Below are positions 56,101 through 64,000 of a stretch of DNA of 64,000 nt, piece after piece; position 1 is the first letter of the stretch, and every line of letters starts with the position of its first letter. Origin of the DNA: a virus (Duplodnaviria > Heunggongvirae > Uroviricota > Caudoviricetes); IMG/VR virus record IMGVR_UViG_3300020048_000019, positions 1 to 64,000 of that record, one strand, 5' to 3'. The notes under the pieces are model-generated. The model worked only from the letters and a program-made list of their open reading frames with translations, was not told the DNA's origin and made no database searches. The position numbers and the translations under genes were made by a program.

Positions 56101-59100
56101 ATCGCTTTCAACGTTGGCCACATTTATGTCATAACTATTTTGCAACTGGTTTGCTTTGTTAGGCAAGTTAGGCAGTAATCCTAGTTCAATTTGTTCGTAA
56201 TCGCTTTGTGTCCAGTCATTAAAGTTGAACGATACACTGGCCTGCACAATAGTCAACGCCGACCAGTATACATTTTTATATTTGACAATTTCGCCCTTGC
56301 TGTATGTGCGAGTACCAGTCCATTCCTCGACGTTGTCTTGATTAAGAATAAAGCCCGGAGCATTAACACTACCGTTCCAATCAGTTGTGGTCACTGCTAT
56401 TAGATTCAAACGACTTTGACGTGCTCCGGTAGTGGGATCATAGATCAAGTCTCCAAACACACTTTGATTGTCCATGACAATAATATGTTCATACGCAGTG
56501 AAACTCAAATCTGTGTAGCTGATTGCCTGCGCATTCAAGGGCTGGATACTAAACTCGTTACCTAATCGTACAATATTAAGATTGCGGGTAGGAAACTCAT
56601 TGCTATTTTGATCTAATACGCCATTGTTGAGAGTTTGTGAACGGATTGTGTCCACCACTGCCTTGTCTCGAGATATCTTTAGTCCAGCAGCTAATGGGTT
56701 TAGATTGATGATTGCATCGGTGTTCCAACCTTGGTTGCTCCAGTATAGGAATTCTTGAGACATGCGTTGCCAATCAAGAATATAGGAGTTGGCTATATTG
56801 TCAAAGGTTAGCCCTTGTGTTTCAAGGAACTTGCCATAACTCAACAAAAAGTCAACCACACTAGTTGCACTTGAAAAAACAAAACCGTACGGAACTTGCA
56901 CTACTGTATTAGAATAAGTGATTGGAACCCGCACAGTTACGCCACCAGCGGTGATGTTTTGTTGACGACCAGCTGCACGACTTTCTAAAATGTTAAAATA
57001 CGGTTGTGTGTTACCATAACCAAATACAGCGTAGCCGCCATCGGCAGTTTTTTGTACTGCAACACTGCTATAAGTTGTGCGGGTAAAGGGTTGATTCTTG
57101 TATACAAACAAATTATAACTTTCGTCAGGAATCAACAGTGCAGTGTTCAGACTGTTAGGACTCGATTTCTCAGTATAAATCTTGATATATTGTTTGTCAG
57201 AATAACTAGCCAATCGGTAGCACAATCGCACATCAAGACTGCGCAAACTGGCAGTAAGAGTGTCAGTTGAGTTTATGCCAGTTAGACGATTGTAGTCAAC
57301 GATCCAGTTGATATAACTGGCTTTGCTAACACCATTCCCGTATACTTCTATTCCGTTAGCATCTAATCGATAACGGTTATTATACAAATATTGATTGTAA
57401 TCAGTATTGTAACGATACAAGTCTCGGTCAGCAAATAACGCAAAGAATTTAGCCGGACGTGTTAATGCCAACACACGCATGACAGAGAATGGATATGCGC
57501 TGCTGTTCCACCAAGATGCTTCAACTGGGCCGCCGTCGCCGATTGCCCATGATCGTTGGCGCTGATTTTCATCAAACGTACCGACTACTGATGCAAATGG
57601 GCTCAGTAATTCGCCCGACGTGCCTGTGGGGATTACTTTTGTCAGGCCAGGGCGTGCGTATTCTAATCGAGTGTGTGGTGCAATTGGATCAGCAACGTAG
57701 CCTGCTTCCAGGTCGTCCCACAAAACCAAGTTGTCAGCAGTATAAGGTGCTGGACCATAACGATCTTGCCACCAGGTTGGCTCTACACTGAGTCCCAGCA
57801 TTTCCCACGGAGTCAGACTAGGTTGCTGGGTATCATAGAAGTAACGATAGATCCCGCGCCAGGCTCCCAGCAAGTTTTCATTGTTGAGTTTGTTTTGTGC
57901 AGCACTGTAATTCCAGGTAAACTCGTTGTTGGCAAAATATGTTTGATTATTGAAATCTAATTTGTTCCAGCCACAGTAGCTGAGAAAGTCTGCACCTAGA
58001 ATTCCTGAAATTTCTTGATATGAATATCCAGTACTACGGAAGTTGCCGGGCAGTACATTTTCAATAGTCAATGGCACTGGGTTATTATCCAGTTTTAAGT
58101 TGTTGTAGATACGAGTCTCAAATTCCAACAACACTTGATCGCGAATATCCTCAAAAACAGGTGTAACACTACCGTCATGACCTAAGATTGCAGTGCTTTC
58201 ACCATTGCTAGTTACCTGAGTAACTATTTCTGGTTGCCAGGCTGGATACAATCCCAGTTTGGTAGGGGTATTAGGCACAAAGCTGCCATATGTGGTAACA
58301 TATTCATTGATAGTAATAGCATCACCAACGCTGAGTGCAGTGGTAACAGTGATACGAGGGCCGTCGGCTGCTACTATGTAATCAACCCCACGAGTAAGTA
58401 AATTATCATTCAAATAAACCAGCAATCCAAGATAGTTTGCTGTGTTGTAATTGTACACCTGTACAGTATCAAATATGTTGGTAGTAATAAAACTTACCAA
58501 GTATTTTGTGCTGTAAGTTGTAACTCCTTGCGGAAGCATATCACTCCAATAGAATGACTGGCTATCTACTTTGCCTAAGGTGATATCCTGAATAGCAGTA
58601 TCTAAAATTTGTGCAGGCGTCTGAAAGTTGATTACTTGTTTGGTTACTGCATCCAACAACTGAGCCTTGTACTTGATGTATTCTCGACTGTTGTATTGTA
58701 ATGCTTCAAAGATATTGTAATTTTGACTACGCATAAAATAACCAGTCAAGGTAATCGGAGCACTCTGTTGTAGTATAATTAGACCATAAGGAACAATATT
58801 GCCAAGATCTCGTGTGTTGTTGGCACCATTAACTGATCCAACCAAGGTGGTCAAGTTTTCACAGATGCTTTGATAGTGTGTACGAATAGTACCCAAGGTA
58901 AAACTAGGGCTGTTGGCATTGAGAGGATTACTTTCAAGATTGATTGGTACCTGGAAGAAACCAGTAGCGCTGGTTTGTTCACTCAAGATCAATACTTCAA
59001 CTATTGATTCTAATGCAACAGTATCAGCTAATGTAATTGTGGTGTTGTTGTTGGTAACAGTATATGAGTAAGTTTTGGGGTCTTGAAAAATAGATCCAAT

Positions 59101-62100
59101 ATACAATTTAACCACAGGAACTGAAATAGTGGTTTGATTGTTAGCAGCAACGTCTAACTTTAATGTGGCGCCTGTGTAGGTAAAGCTAAACTGTTGATAA
59201 ATTTGGCTTGGGACCACAGCGGTTTGCCAGCCTAGTAATTTCTGGTATGTTGCGCGAGTTGCGTACTCGCGCACTGAGCCTGAACTGATATCTGACGTGA
59301 CAGACGCATTATCAACTACGTACAAGAATGTATCTTTGTACATGTTGTTTTCAAACACAATATCACCAACGTTGTTGATATTCAGATACTGCAAAGGAAA
59401 CTGCAAAATAGGATCCAAGATTGAAGTATCGCCTACTGCATAAGAAAACAGTTTACTACCAACAAACGTAGTTGACTGGTACTTTGTAGCGTCGCCAAAA
59501 CTTACACCATCGGTGTCGTAGATATTGTACAAGGGCGCTTGTTGCACACCAGTCTTTTGTTGTGCTTCGATCCAATCGGATCCATCGTACCAGTATGTTT
59601 TGCCGCCAGTTAATATTGGTATTGGTGCAATGTCTGTTCCACTGTTTAGGATCACAGTATTTTGATCAGTAGATAGTACTCCATCGTCAGCTAGTGTTAA
59701 CACAATGATAGGTTGCGAAATTAATGGCGCAACGCTATCTGGGGTAACAAAGCTCACAACATAAATTTTGTTACGGACATCAGGATCTGTGTCGGCTGCA
59801 AAAATTACACGGCTACCTTCAACAAAAGTATATCCATCTACACTGTAACTAGTACTACCTTCAATGTTGGAGAATGCATCAGTTGCAGAAAAATCAATTA
59901 CGTCAACTGGCGCTTTGCCGTCAGACCCCATGTTCCACAAACGAATTCCTGGTCGGAATTGAATGATTGGCCGCTTGGCACGATAGTTGTTGTCTAGTAC
60001 CGCAGGAGTGTTGTTATACTTGGCAGTGGCATCGATCACGTCAATGTGGAACCAACGGTTGCTACGAGTCCAAGCATTCAAGTCCTTGCTGGCACGGTTA
60101 ATAGTTAGATAATCAAGCTGCTGAGGTTCTTTTGCCAAAGTACTGGTATTGTAATCTACAACGTATGTCTCAGGTACAACAAAATTTTCAACTGGCAGCA
60201 ATTCAATTGCTGTGCCTACACCCGCAACATAATATTCTTTATCGCTGATTGAAATTGCAGTTGCATTACCAGTGCCAAATTGAAGTTGTGTGTTTGTGCC
60301 ACCCTTTACAGTGCTAACTGTAAATTTGGTACCAATTGCAGCAATGGTGCTGACATAATAACTAACCCCTGCTTCAAGTCCGCCAAGGGTAGGTGCAGTG
60401 AAAACAATTTCTTGTCCAATGTACAAGTCCTGGGCATCTTCAAGGTTGATGTAGTTTGTGATTGCTTCGGTGCCAATATAGGTAAATGATGTATTGCCTG
60501 ATCGGTATCTTGCAGGCTCTACATCTCCTAAGAATTGAATCTTGAGGCCATTAGAGAACACCACGCCGTTAGGAGCAGTATAAGTTGGACTACCAATAAT
60601 TTCGTCAACAAAGATTGTTGACGACGCAACTTGATCAATTAATTTAATTCGTCCAAAAATTTCTGGGTCTGTTGCATCTTGATAGTATAGTGTATCCTGT
60701 ACCGCAGTCAGCAACGGAATTTGTTTGTATACGCCTGTTGCATCTTTATACCATTGTGTATTGCTGTAAATTGTGCCATACAAAATCTTGAACTTCTCAA
60801 GATTGCTTACTTGTGTAATGTTGGCAAGGTTGATATAAGTTTTGCCTGACAATGTTACATAGTTGATTTGCCAAATGTCATAACGTTGACTCAATGGTAT
60901 CTCTGTTGTTTCACTATAAGGAGTAGAATCAAAACTACCAGGGAGACCATTGTTGGCTGGGCCAGCATCAAGTGGGTCAAACAGTGAAGTTCTGATCCAG
61001 CCACCAGCTTCGGCACCGGGCACAGTATTAGTAAAGATCAATGTACGACTATTGAGATTAGTAATGCCATCAATGCCACCATATGTTGCAATAAATTGAT
61101 CTAATGGTTGGTTGTTGATTTGATCAAAGGTCAAATTGGTCACAAGATCAACGTTGTCGATTGCAGGTAAGTTGTAGTAAAAATCTTGAGATGTTTTGTA
61201 CGGAGCGTTGAATATTATGGTACCAAGATCTTCGCCGTTGTTTTCTACTCCAAAAACGTCTCTACTAGAAATATTGTTAGCAGTGGGCAATGTACCACTA
61301 ATTCCGGGTGCTGCTTGAATCCAAAAACCAGGACCAGTGCCCGGCACACCGTCGATAATAGTCAAGATACCTTGCATGTTGCTTTGATTTTCAGCAATGT
61401 AATATAATGTGTCAGGAGCATCCTGAGGTACAGTAAATGTTACTAAACCTGTGCTAGCACCATTTCGAATCACACCATTGCTGTAGGTTTGACTGAGGCC
61501 AGTAACTGGGGCAGTTTTTATCCAGAATGGAAAAACTGCATCAGTGTTCAGATTGAACACATAGGTATTTCCACGACTCAGTGTCAAGGTTGGATTGTTC
61601 TGAAAGTCAATTACGTATGCTGCGATACCAGAATTACGAACTCGATAGTTCACAGTTTCTTTGGTGTTTTGCGCTACTTGGAAAGTGTAGCTGCCGCCCC
61701 TGACTAATTCAATCACGGGATTATTACCAGCAATTCCACCAAAGGTATAAACACCATTTGCACGATCAACTACATAATTGCGGCTAGTAGGTATTGTTGA
61801 TGCCTGTACGTCCACAGCGTTGGGTCCGTTGGGCAACCAAAAATATTGACTAAAGTTAACAAAGGTGTCAAAGTCAACAAATGGATCCCATGAATAATAT
61901 TCGCTGGTGTACAATCTGTCAGGGCGACTATTGGGACCTTGCTGATAGCCAATAGCATCGTTGATGCCGGGATATGTGATGGTGTCTGCAATTCTATCAG
62001 TGTCGGGCACTAGACTTACTACCCCTGGCTCTAATTGGTAATTGGCACGAACCGCATCAGGTTCAACAATATATCGATCACCAGGGTTAACACCCGGTCC

Positions 62101-62241
62101 AACACGGCGACCAACAAAGCCTTGGGTTTTTGCAAACTGTGGCTCTTGAATAAGTTGATCCAATGTAGCAGCAAGGAACTGCTTATTAGCATCTGTCTGA
62201 AAAATTTCAGGAAGAAAGTCTACACTACGAACTGTTGCCAT
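47170..62241 (-). CDS. giant 5023-aa virion-associated protein with FG-GAP (integrin-alpha-like beta-propeller) repeats
   Basis: Uninterrupted 15-kb ORF with ATG start. TAATG overlap with the upstream gene. Thr/Ser/Asn/Gly/Val-rich. About seven repeats of type FGxSVxxxxxxxxLxVGAP...GAVYVYD between residues ~2380-3255. Confidence 0.7.
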   Translation of the reverse strand: MATVRSVDFLPEIFQTDANKQFLAATLDQLIQEPQFAKTQGFVGRRVGPGVNPGDRYIVEPDAVRANYQLEPGVVSLVPDTDRIADTITYPGINDAIGYQQGPNSRPDRLYTSEYYSWDPFVDFDTFVNFSQYFWLPNGPNAVDVQASTIPTSRNYVVDRANGVYTFGGIAGNNPVIELVRGGSYTFQVAQNTKETVNYRVRNSGIAAYVIDFQNNPTLTLSRGNTYVFNLNTDAVFPFWIKTAPVTGLSQTYSNGVIRNGASTGLVTFTVPQDAPDTLYYIAENQSNMQGILTIIDGVPGTGPGFWIQAAPGISGTLPTANNISSRDVFGVENNGEDLGTIIFNAPYKTSQDFYYNLPAIDNVDLVTNLTFDQINNQPLDQFIATYGGIDGITNLNSRTLIFTNTVPGAEAGGWIRTSLFDPLDAGPANNGLPGSFDSTPYSETTEIPLSQRYDIWQINYVTLSGKTYINLANITQVSNLEKFKILYGTIYSNTQWYKDATGVYKQIPLLTAVQDTLYYQDATDPEIFGRIKLIDQVASSTIFVDEIIGSPTYTAPNGVVFSNGLKIQFLGDVEPARYRSGNTSFTYIGTEAITNYINLEDAQDLYIGQEIVFTAPTLGGLEAGVSYYVSTIAAIGTKFTVSTVKGGTNTQLQFGTGNATAISISDKEYYVAGVGTAIELLPVENFVVPETYVVDYNTSTLAKEPQQLDYLTINRASKDLNAWTRSNRWFHIDVIDATAKYNNTPAVLDNNYRAKRPIIQFRPGIRLWNMGSDGKAPVDVIDFSATDAFSNIEGSTSYSVDGYTFVEGSRVIFAADTDPDVRNKIYVVSFVTPDSVAPLISQPIIVLTLADDGVLSTDQNTVILNSGTDIAPIPILTGGKTYWYDGSDWIEAQQKTGVQQAPLYNIYDTDGVSFGDATKYQSTTFVGSKLFSYAVGDTSILDPILQFPLQYLNINNVGDIVFENNMYKDTFLYVVDNASVTSDISSGSVREYATRATYQKLLGWQTAVVPSQIYQQFSFTYTGATLKLDVAANNQTTISVPVVKLYIGSIFQDPKTYSYTVTNNNTTITLADTVALESIVEVLILSEQTSATGFFQVPINLESNPLNANSPSFTLGTIRTHYQSICENLTTLVGSVNGANNTRDLGNIVPYGLIILQQSAPITLTGYFMRSQNYNIFEALQYNSREYIKYKAQLLDAVTKQVINFQTPAQILDTAIQDITLGKVDSQSFYWSDMLPQGVTTYSTKYLVSFITTNIFDTVQVYNYNTANYLGLLVYLNDNLLTRGVDYIVAADGPRITVTTALSVGDAITINEYVTTYGSFVPNTPTKLGLYPAWQPEIVTQVTSNGESTAILGHDGSVTPVFEDIRDQVLLEFETRIYNNLKLDNNPVPLTIENVLPGNFRSTGYSYQEISGILGADFLSYCGWNKLDFNNQTYFANNEFTWNYSAAQNKLNNENLLGAWRGIYRYFYDTQQPSLTPWEMLGLSVEPTWWQDRYGPAPYTADNLVLWDDLEAGYVADPIAPHTRLEYARPGLTKVIPTGTSGELLSPFASVVGTFDENQRQRSWAIGDGGPVEASWWNSSAYPFSVMRVLALTRPAKFFALFADRDLYRYNTDYNQYLYNNRYRLDANGIEVYGNGVSKASYINWIVDYNRLTGINSTDTLTASLRSLDVRLCYRLASYSDKQYIKIYTEKSSPNSLNTALLIPDESYNLFVYKNQPFTRTTYSSVAVQKTADGGYAVFGYGNTQPYFNILESRAAGRQQNITAGGVTVRVPITYSNTVVQVPYGFVFSSATSVVDFLLSYGKFLETQGLTFDNIANSYILDWQRMSQEFLYWSNQGWNTDAIINLNPLAAGLKISRDKAVVDTIRSQTLNNGVLDQNSNEFPTRNLNIVRLGNEFSIQPLNAQAISYTDLSFTAYEHIIVMDNQSVFGDLIYDPTTGARQSRLNLIAVTTTDWNGSVNAPGFILNQDNVEEWTGTRTYSKGEIVKYKNVYWSALTIVQASVSFNFNDWTQSDYEQIELGLLPNLPNKANQLQNSYDINVANVESDTDLLSYGLIGFRPRQYMAALNLDDVSQLNIYRQFLDTKGTVQATELFKGANLGKENADYDVYENWAVQQAVYGANANRSFIELRLNRALLNANPSLVKIALPQETSEADQTILLSDVWRQSYKLTSTNILPTTITTPTDVALPSAGYVNIDDADITVFDITDTTSLAANIDEIEVGTSIWVAKTNDYDWNIYRAEPVPGIIQHVCDNLNGTSRVIFSAQHGLGVGDKLIIKFFDPEVDGVYQVLGVASLNTVNISFQFTGDRSVANGIGLGFTLQTMRVAQASDIVDLPYAQNLNSGARVWVDNNGSELWEVLEKQDIFTATQTLRPVTLNAGDYYGQSVAQAQDRLATLVGVPRYGHDSGTETGAVFVYVKNVGGTFTLTSPTNISGDAILELNATGARGYGNAVDFGNQTWAVAGASKSLGPGAQADNGYAAVIYRDPALGQPNTNPYTQLQLLTQPGTTTSTTPGAGEFGYSVVMSQDERWMYIGAPGLNQVHAYGRVDWQNQFVRSRGDDVTTVYSIDGIIQIDISTQLKVTVDGTIQLLGTDYTVDAGFTEVTFATAPALGTIVDIQRIYVQPLDAQTYYDVTQTSTSGSGVGAKFTIIRVRNQVGQPGATQGSVGVTTTGSNYVVGNTVTFASSKFGGQANLVLTIASVDGGGGILTFNIAYTPVSLTSVFDLGQYFFTVDNIYSFTVEVDGTIYRPNIDYTFNTGTAQLTFVTVPVAGATIVVEAQSYFKYVNSITAAGLIVGARFGSSISCTSDGRQVLVGAPNQTVGSATQAGAVYVFDRNVQKFINTSTTANPVFTVLGTPAAPPISVLVNNIFYINQDDAVVDGSNTFSWNGASAITINGSLAVGDVVEIETNQFVLMQSVEQNTLAEFSNFGYAVELCSYDCSLYVGEPNSSEQVYKGGVVERKVNQSRVYGTTTSLVANAVLTAGNTLRVNNIDVTVPDQWNSALAYAVNQVVYNTVGATTTIYLAVQLVPALTAISNTTYWKQVTTTVTASAQVRALAEQINVVVPNISATVNTAGYLTVAVKNSLAATDFNKVQVSPGSVGTAFDALTFETFAWTQTITSPYPVQFAGFGSSVSLDSSAISLVVGAPNGTLYLENIFDDGSTIFDIGSTTFFSITVQSGAVYAYDYLASSTMSVTNPGKFVFGQQISNTSVNSYDQYGLAINYTSGVLLIGTPGNDFEDSGAANYGAVYIYDNANRGAAWTTIQQQQPVVDIQLLNSVFLYDRVTSATTEFLDFINPLQGKILGAARQNLDYIGSVDPASYNSGPTNIRGTTWTNGHVGKMWWDTTSARFIDPNQDSIVYASRRWAQLFPGSSVDVYQWVVSSVPPAQYAGEGTPRDTLSYAVNGRLAIDGNIATEYYFWVRGITATVTGLGKTLPASVVASYIENPRASGIAYLAPINSSTVAIYNSGDYIQAQDTILHIEYDREYTTNNVHTEYELIPQDRGDGFLSNNLYRKLQDSFCGVDTFGNIVPDPNLGPAERYGVQFRPRQSMFVDRFEALRNYLTRANTILAQYPITESRNFNLLNSKESEPAQSVLIDTVTVTNWNQRVANLEILGYQDIDAIPEASLPYRYLVETDANNNGRWTIYTVQARDTVPTQRVLVLTRVQNYNTPDYWAYIDWYRTGYNSSVRVVAEVVTYSSLDALSVPVGSSVKVTANSQGKWEIYLRTDLGWERVGLQGGTIEFSNQLWDYAAGRFGWDVEVFDAQYYDQEPVIETRKIIQAINEELFIDDLAIERNRALVLMFNYVLSEFSAPEWLIKTSLIDVDHRLRELVPFQNYIRDNQEFVEDYIQEVKPYHVQIREFNLKYSGFDQYLGDVTDFDLPAYYDTSLEVPQYVSPILTPYESGSAFNAALNTKSNVPLTSTVWSTWPYNQWYNNYLLELQDVEIVDGGSGYTEPPLVVFTGEAIQAAEAIAIINSLGQVVGISITNSGAGYNITPTVTFDGGNGVAARAYAVMGNDLVRQFKTTLRYDRVQYNTNVQTWEANATYQDGELARYDNRIWQAASQDSTAVVSPTFDLENWILVNPANLQLTYNAAQGYYEVAAGTAYVTGVDRTMGLYVPGVNQPGLELPLLIDGVDYPGVQVFGDYFLGTTALDVVYENGFNNITTGTLPTDINVDGGKFLGAFETHAPEELVNGSEFDTMDFRVYTRPGADWSSDGHGFQIGTIRYTYEPAVTNLYSWANIVENPVQVLVSNLTRGLDLYYGINYYVNWADQSIEIIDGIIDGEIININVYEIGGGSQLYRNSYTGAQLGQTLQIPVSSVEIYDVVVFVNGTAIGGITWTPYIDSVDWSILETYDRNTIVNESGSYYRAAQLVPGGTAITDIAYWIEFVPTLLTLVDFGTTFGTADGVSIAVLGTTTPVQYSWSTPQVENFVIDSGLQASRTLELNNYVGGTNPANMIVIRNGLRLQPAEGIEWLGDDSSVSFGLPQRGGYEQNIIDAINDIQVWVDSVLQTQSFGAFNGDYSVSNWSGSNVPGRQVVFVTAPAAGAQILISVSTIADYIVNNNQVQIVGTINLGDEVAVVTWNDTAQQNILSSVFLGPVISGITVVEGYQATAYDPNFVELTSTGTVPATAIKLGDTYTIASVGTTNFVSFGAASNTIGVSFVATQNGAVSSGTGTTTGPVYSRNSTTNAFNNTSGSFDYSAGTIVYNNDFWLGRANVSAGRLWVTLNGEQQFEGVDFVVEGEYLILASGAINITDVMVITQFTNSVTPEAIAFRVFQDMRGVQATYRITPTTTTTVSELLSADADVIHVTNAGILSEPNLADGVFGVITIDGERIMYRERNLADNTVSGLRRGTAGTAAAEHAVDADVYDTGRGNLLNTEYQDYIVKDTSIGDGSTTVFYAPSIQLDNPLEDSSIDTKAIEVYVGGTRQYLATANQFGDIIPCQYPWNLGQFDPLSIQFVVDGSAVPELVAPPNGVEVTILVRRGKTWYQTGDGTASDGVALQDTDTVAARFLRGE

Positions 62242-64000
62242 TAGATAACTCCACTACCAGGGGCAGTACGCAAATTGGTACTGGTTAATGCGTCAATCAC
62301 TTCAATGTTGTTAATGGTGGCGCCATTAACGAAAATCTCATTGGGTTGACTACGAATCTCATATAAATCACCAAAACTCTTTTGGGAGTCTAACGGTACT
62401 AACACGACAGAACTAATAATAGTGCCTAGTTCTCGATGCAGATATGCTGCCAGTTCAGAGAAGTAAAACGTGTCACCAAAGTTCCACTTGTCAATGCTAA
62501 AATAATCGTTCATGACTGCCACTACTGAGCTTTTGATTTCACTAATACTAGCAGTTGAGTTGCTGGCACGAATTACTTTAATTGTGGCTCGCAAATTATT
62601 TGCTGCTTTTTCGCCAAACAACGGCTTGAATGTTACTGAGTTCAAGATGATATTATCACTCAACATTTTGTAGTCTTGCAAGCCCTGATACGCTGTGCTT
62701 AACTCATCAATACTGGGCTGTGCAGGATCGGGCACAGTACCAGTCGTGTCACGAATCCAGTTCTGATATGAAGTATAGTATGACAGAGTCACAACATACA
62801 AGTCAATAATGTTTGTGGTTCCTGGGTCAATTCTTGATGTCAGCGGGCTGTTGTGACGATATTGATAGTACAGACTTTGGCGACCAGTCCGAGCAATCCA
62901 ACCTGACACTTCCACCAATGTCCTAGCACCAGTTACACTAATACTCAGTTCATAAAATGTCTGCTCAGTATAGGCATAAAATACTTGGCCCGGTGTCCAC
63001 TCTGACTTGACCAATTCAATTTCGTCAATTGTAGCGTAGTCGCTGATCACCCGTCCGGGCTCGACCAACAAGTATCTTTGCAAGTTGTCAAAGTCCACTG
63101 TTTGCTGCAAGAATATTAGCTTTTGATTAGAATCGGTATCAGGCGCAACAATTTCTGTAAAGAAATCTGGATTGTCCGGAACTCCGTCATTGTCGCTGTC
63201 ACGGAATCCAACTAGTACTTGGAAGTCATCAACATAACCATCGCTCTCAACAGGTTGCCCAGTAATGGTCATATAGATATCGCCGGGCAGCGGCTCTGTT
63301 GAATCTGGCTGTGTGTTTACTGCCAAGCAATTGATGTAATCTTTGATCACAGTGCCAGTCCGACTGTCGTACACTTGCTGACCATCATAGAAGAAGAAAC
63401 GAGTCTGTAACACTGATCCAAAGCTGTAGCTGAGTCCGCGGAATGTAATAGTGTAGTTGCTGTTATTGACTTGGAAGGCTACCAGCCACGAACTGTCGCC
63501 GCCAGGTACTGATTGCCCAGCATTGGTTTGACTCCAAGGAGCCACTTCAGTTGTGCTGTCTACATAATACTTGAGGTTGGTACTATTGATCAAGTACCAA
63601 GAATACGGTGTGCCAGTAATGCTGCCGTCGTTATCATAACCAATGCCAAATGGGCGCAACAATAAAATTTGTTCTGCCATCGCAGTTTCTAATGCAATAG
63701 GCAAATCAGTTACAAACAATGGGATTACTTGTTCGACAATTGCCCCAGTAGGAACATAATTGTTGATTGTAACTGGTCCTTGTCCAGAAGGCAAATTGCC
63801 AAGTCCTTGGTTGCTACCATCACCTACAATCTCTTGAGGGCTGGCCCAAATTTCTGTGCGTTCGTCGGCCCGAGTAGGAGCACCTTGTTGCAACTTGTTG
63901 TTTTTGTCAAAGTAGTAGCCAGTTGGTGCAACAAATTTGACCAAACTGCTGACTGCGATATATTTCAATGCAGTACTGCTAGTATTGCCAACGATTACTG
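62241..64000 (-). CDS. structural protein, 5' end beyond the window (at least 586 aa)
   Basis: The ORF is open to the window edge. The apparent start at 63968 is a TTG and is probably an artefact of truncation. Its stop overlaps the giant ORF start (TAATG). Confidence 0.45.
   Translation of the reverse strand, partial: VIVGNTSSTALKYIAVSSLVKFVAPTGYYFDKNNKLQQGAPTRADERTEIWASPQEIVGDGSNQGLGNLPSGQGPVTINNYVPTGAIVEQVIPLFVTDLPIALETAMAEQILLLRPFGIGYDNDGSITGTPYSWYLINSTNLKYYVDSTTEVAPWSQTNAGQSVPGGDSSWLVAFQVNNSNYTITFRGLSYSFGSVLQTRFFFYDGQQVYDSRTGTVIKDYINCLAVNTQPDSTEPLPGDIYMTITGQPVESDGYVDDFQVLVGFRDSDNDGVPDNPDFFTEIVAPDTDSNQKLIFLQQTVDFDNLQRYLLVEPGRVISDYATIDEIELVKSEWTPGQVFYAYTEQTFYELSISVTGARTLVEVSGWIARTGRQSLYYQYRHNSPLTSRIDPGTTNIIDLYVVTLSYYTSYQNWIRDTTGTVPDPAQPSIDELSTAYQGLQDYKMLSDNIILNSVTFKPLFGEKAANNLRATIKVIRASNSTASISEIKSSVVAVMNDYFSIDKWNFGDTFYFSELAAYLHRELGTIISSVVLVPLDSQKSFGDLYEIRSQPNEIFVNGATINNIEVIDALTSTNLRTAPGSGVI

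Noticed and set aside
47368-61707. Numerous plus-strand ORFs of 60-141 aa inside the giant-gene coordinates
   Set aside because: All are antisense to a 15-kb intact ORF with strong coding character. They have no RBS or promoter context and are typical shadow ORFs.
62241-63968. Treating 63968 as the true start of the last ORF
   Set aside because: The codon there is TTG, and the frame is open to the window edge. The gene most likely begins beyond position 64000.
1-64000. Search for transposase, integrase or IS boundaries flanking the tailoring island
   Set aside because: No recombinase-like ORF or inverted terminal repeats were seen. Island boundaries are instead marked by a terminator and a pseudogene scar.

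Overview
The window reads as a T4-like myovirus genome segment, most plausibly a marine cyanomyovirus, at roughly 42-44% GC. Positions 1-17.8 kb are a plus-strand block of small 'early' genes. At least eight near-consensus sigma70-type promoters (TTGAC[C/A]-N17-TATAAT, usually with the extension TGCTATAAT) and ATGA/ATGnnnnTAA overlap coupling organise this block. Recognisable products are an HD-domain (p)ppGpp-hydrolase-like protein, an Rnl-like nucleotidyltransferase, a CobS/MoxR-type AAA ATPase, a B12-binding radical-SAM enzyme, a VWA/metallopeptidase-like protein, an SPFH lipoprotein, ThyX, and a sugar epimerase plus DegT-type aminotransferase. Positions 17.7-43.6 kb form a large glycan/tailoring island, minus-strand apart from a short plus-strand block at 20.3-24.3 kb. 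Its centrepiece is an operon-like array of seven paralogous radical-SAM enzymes, which share an unusual N-terminal Cys-rich module and have no SPASM tail. Five paralogous fucosyltransferase-like (GT10-like, TEKxFKPI motif) glycosyltransferases are interleaved with them. Flanking genes are a NodU/CmcH carbamoyltransferase, an AGAT-like amidinotransferase (plus a decayed partial duplicate), an Stf0-like sulfotransferase, an SGNH hydrolase, two GT-A-like transferases, and an 862-aa protein carrying about seven tandem 43-aa repeats. A bidirectional hairpin terminator at about 43.55 kb separates the island from a minus-strand structural module. That module holds two tail-fibre-like proteins, one behind a T4-type late promoter (TATAAATA) and a conserved RBS, a 5023-aa giant ORF (47170..62241) with about seven FG-GAP/integrin-alpha-like repeats, and a further structural ORF running off the window edge. 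No tRNA, rRNA, CRISPR array or obvious transposase was seen. The ORF track treats TTG as a start codon; several starts were re-assigned to in-frame ATG/GTG codons that create ATGA-type overlaps.
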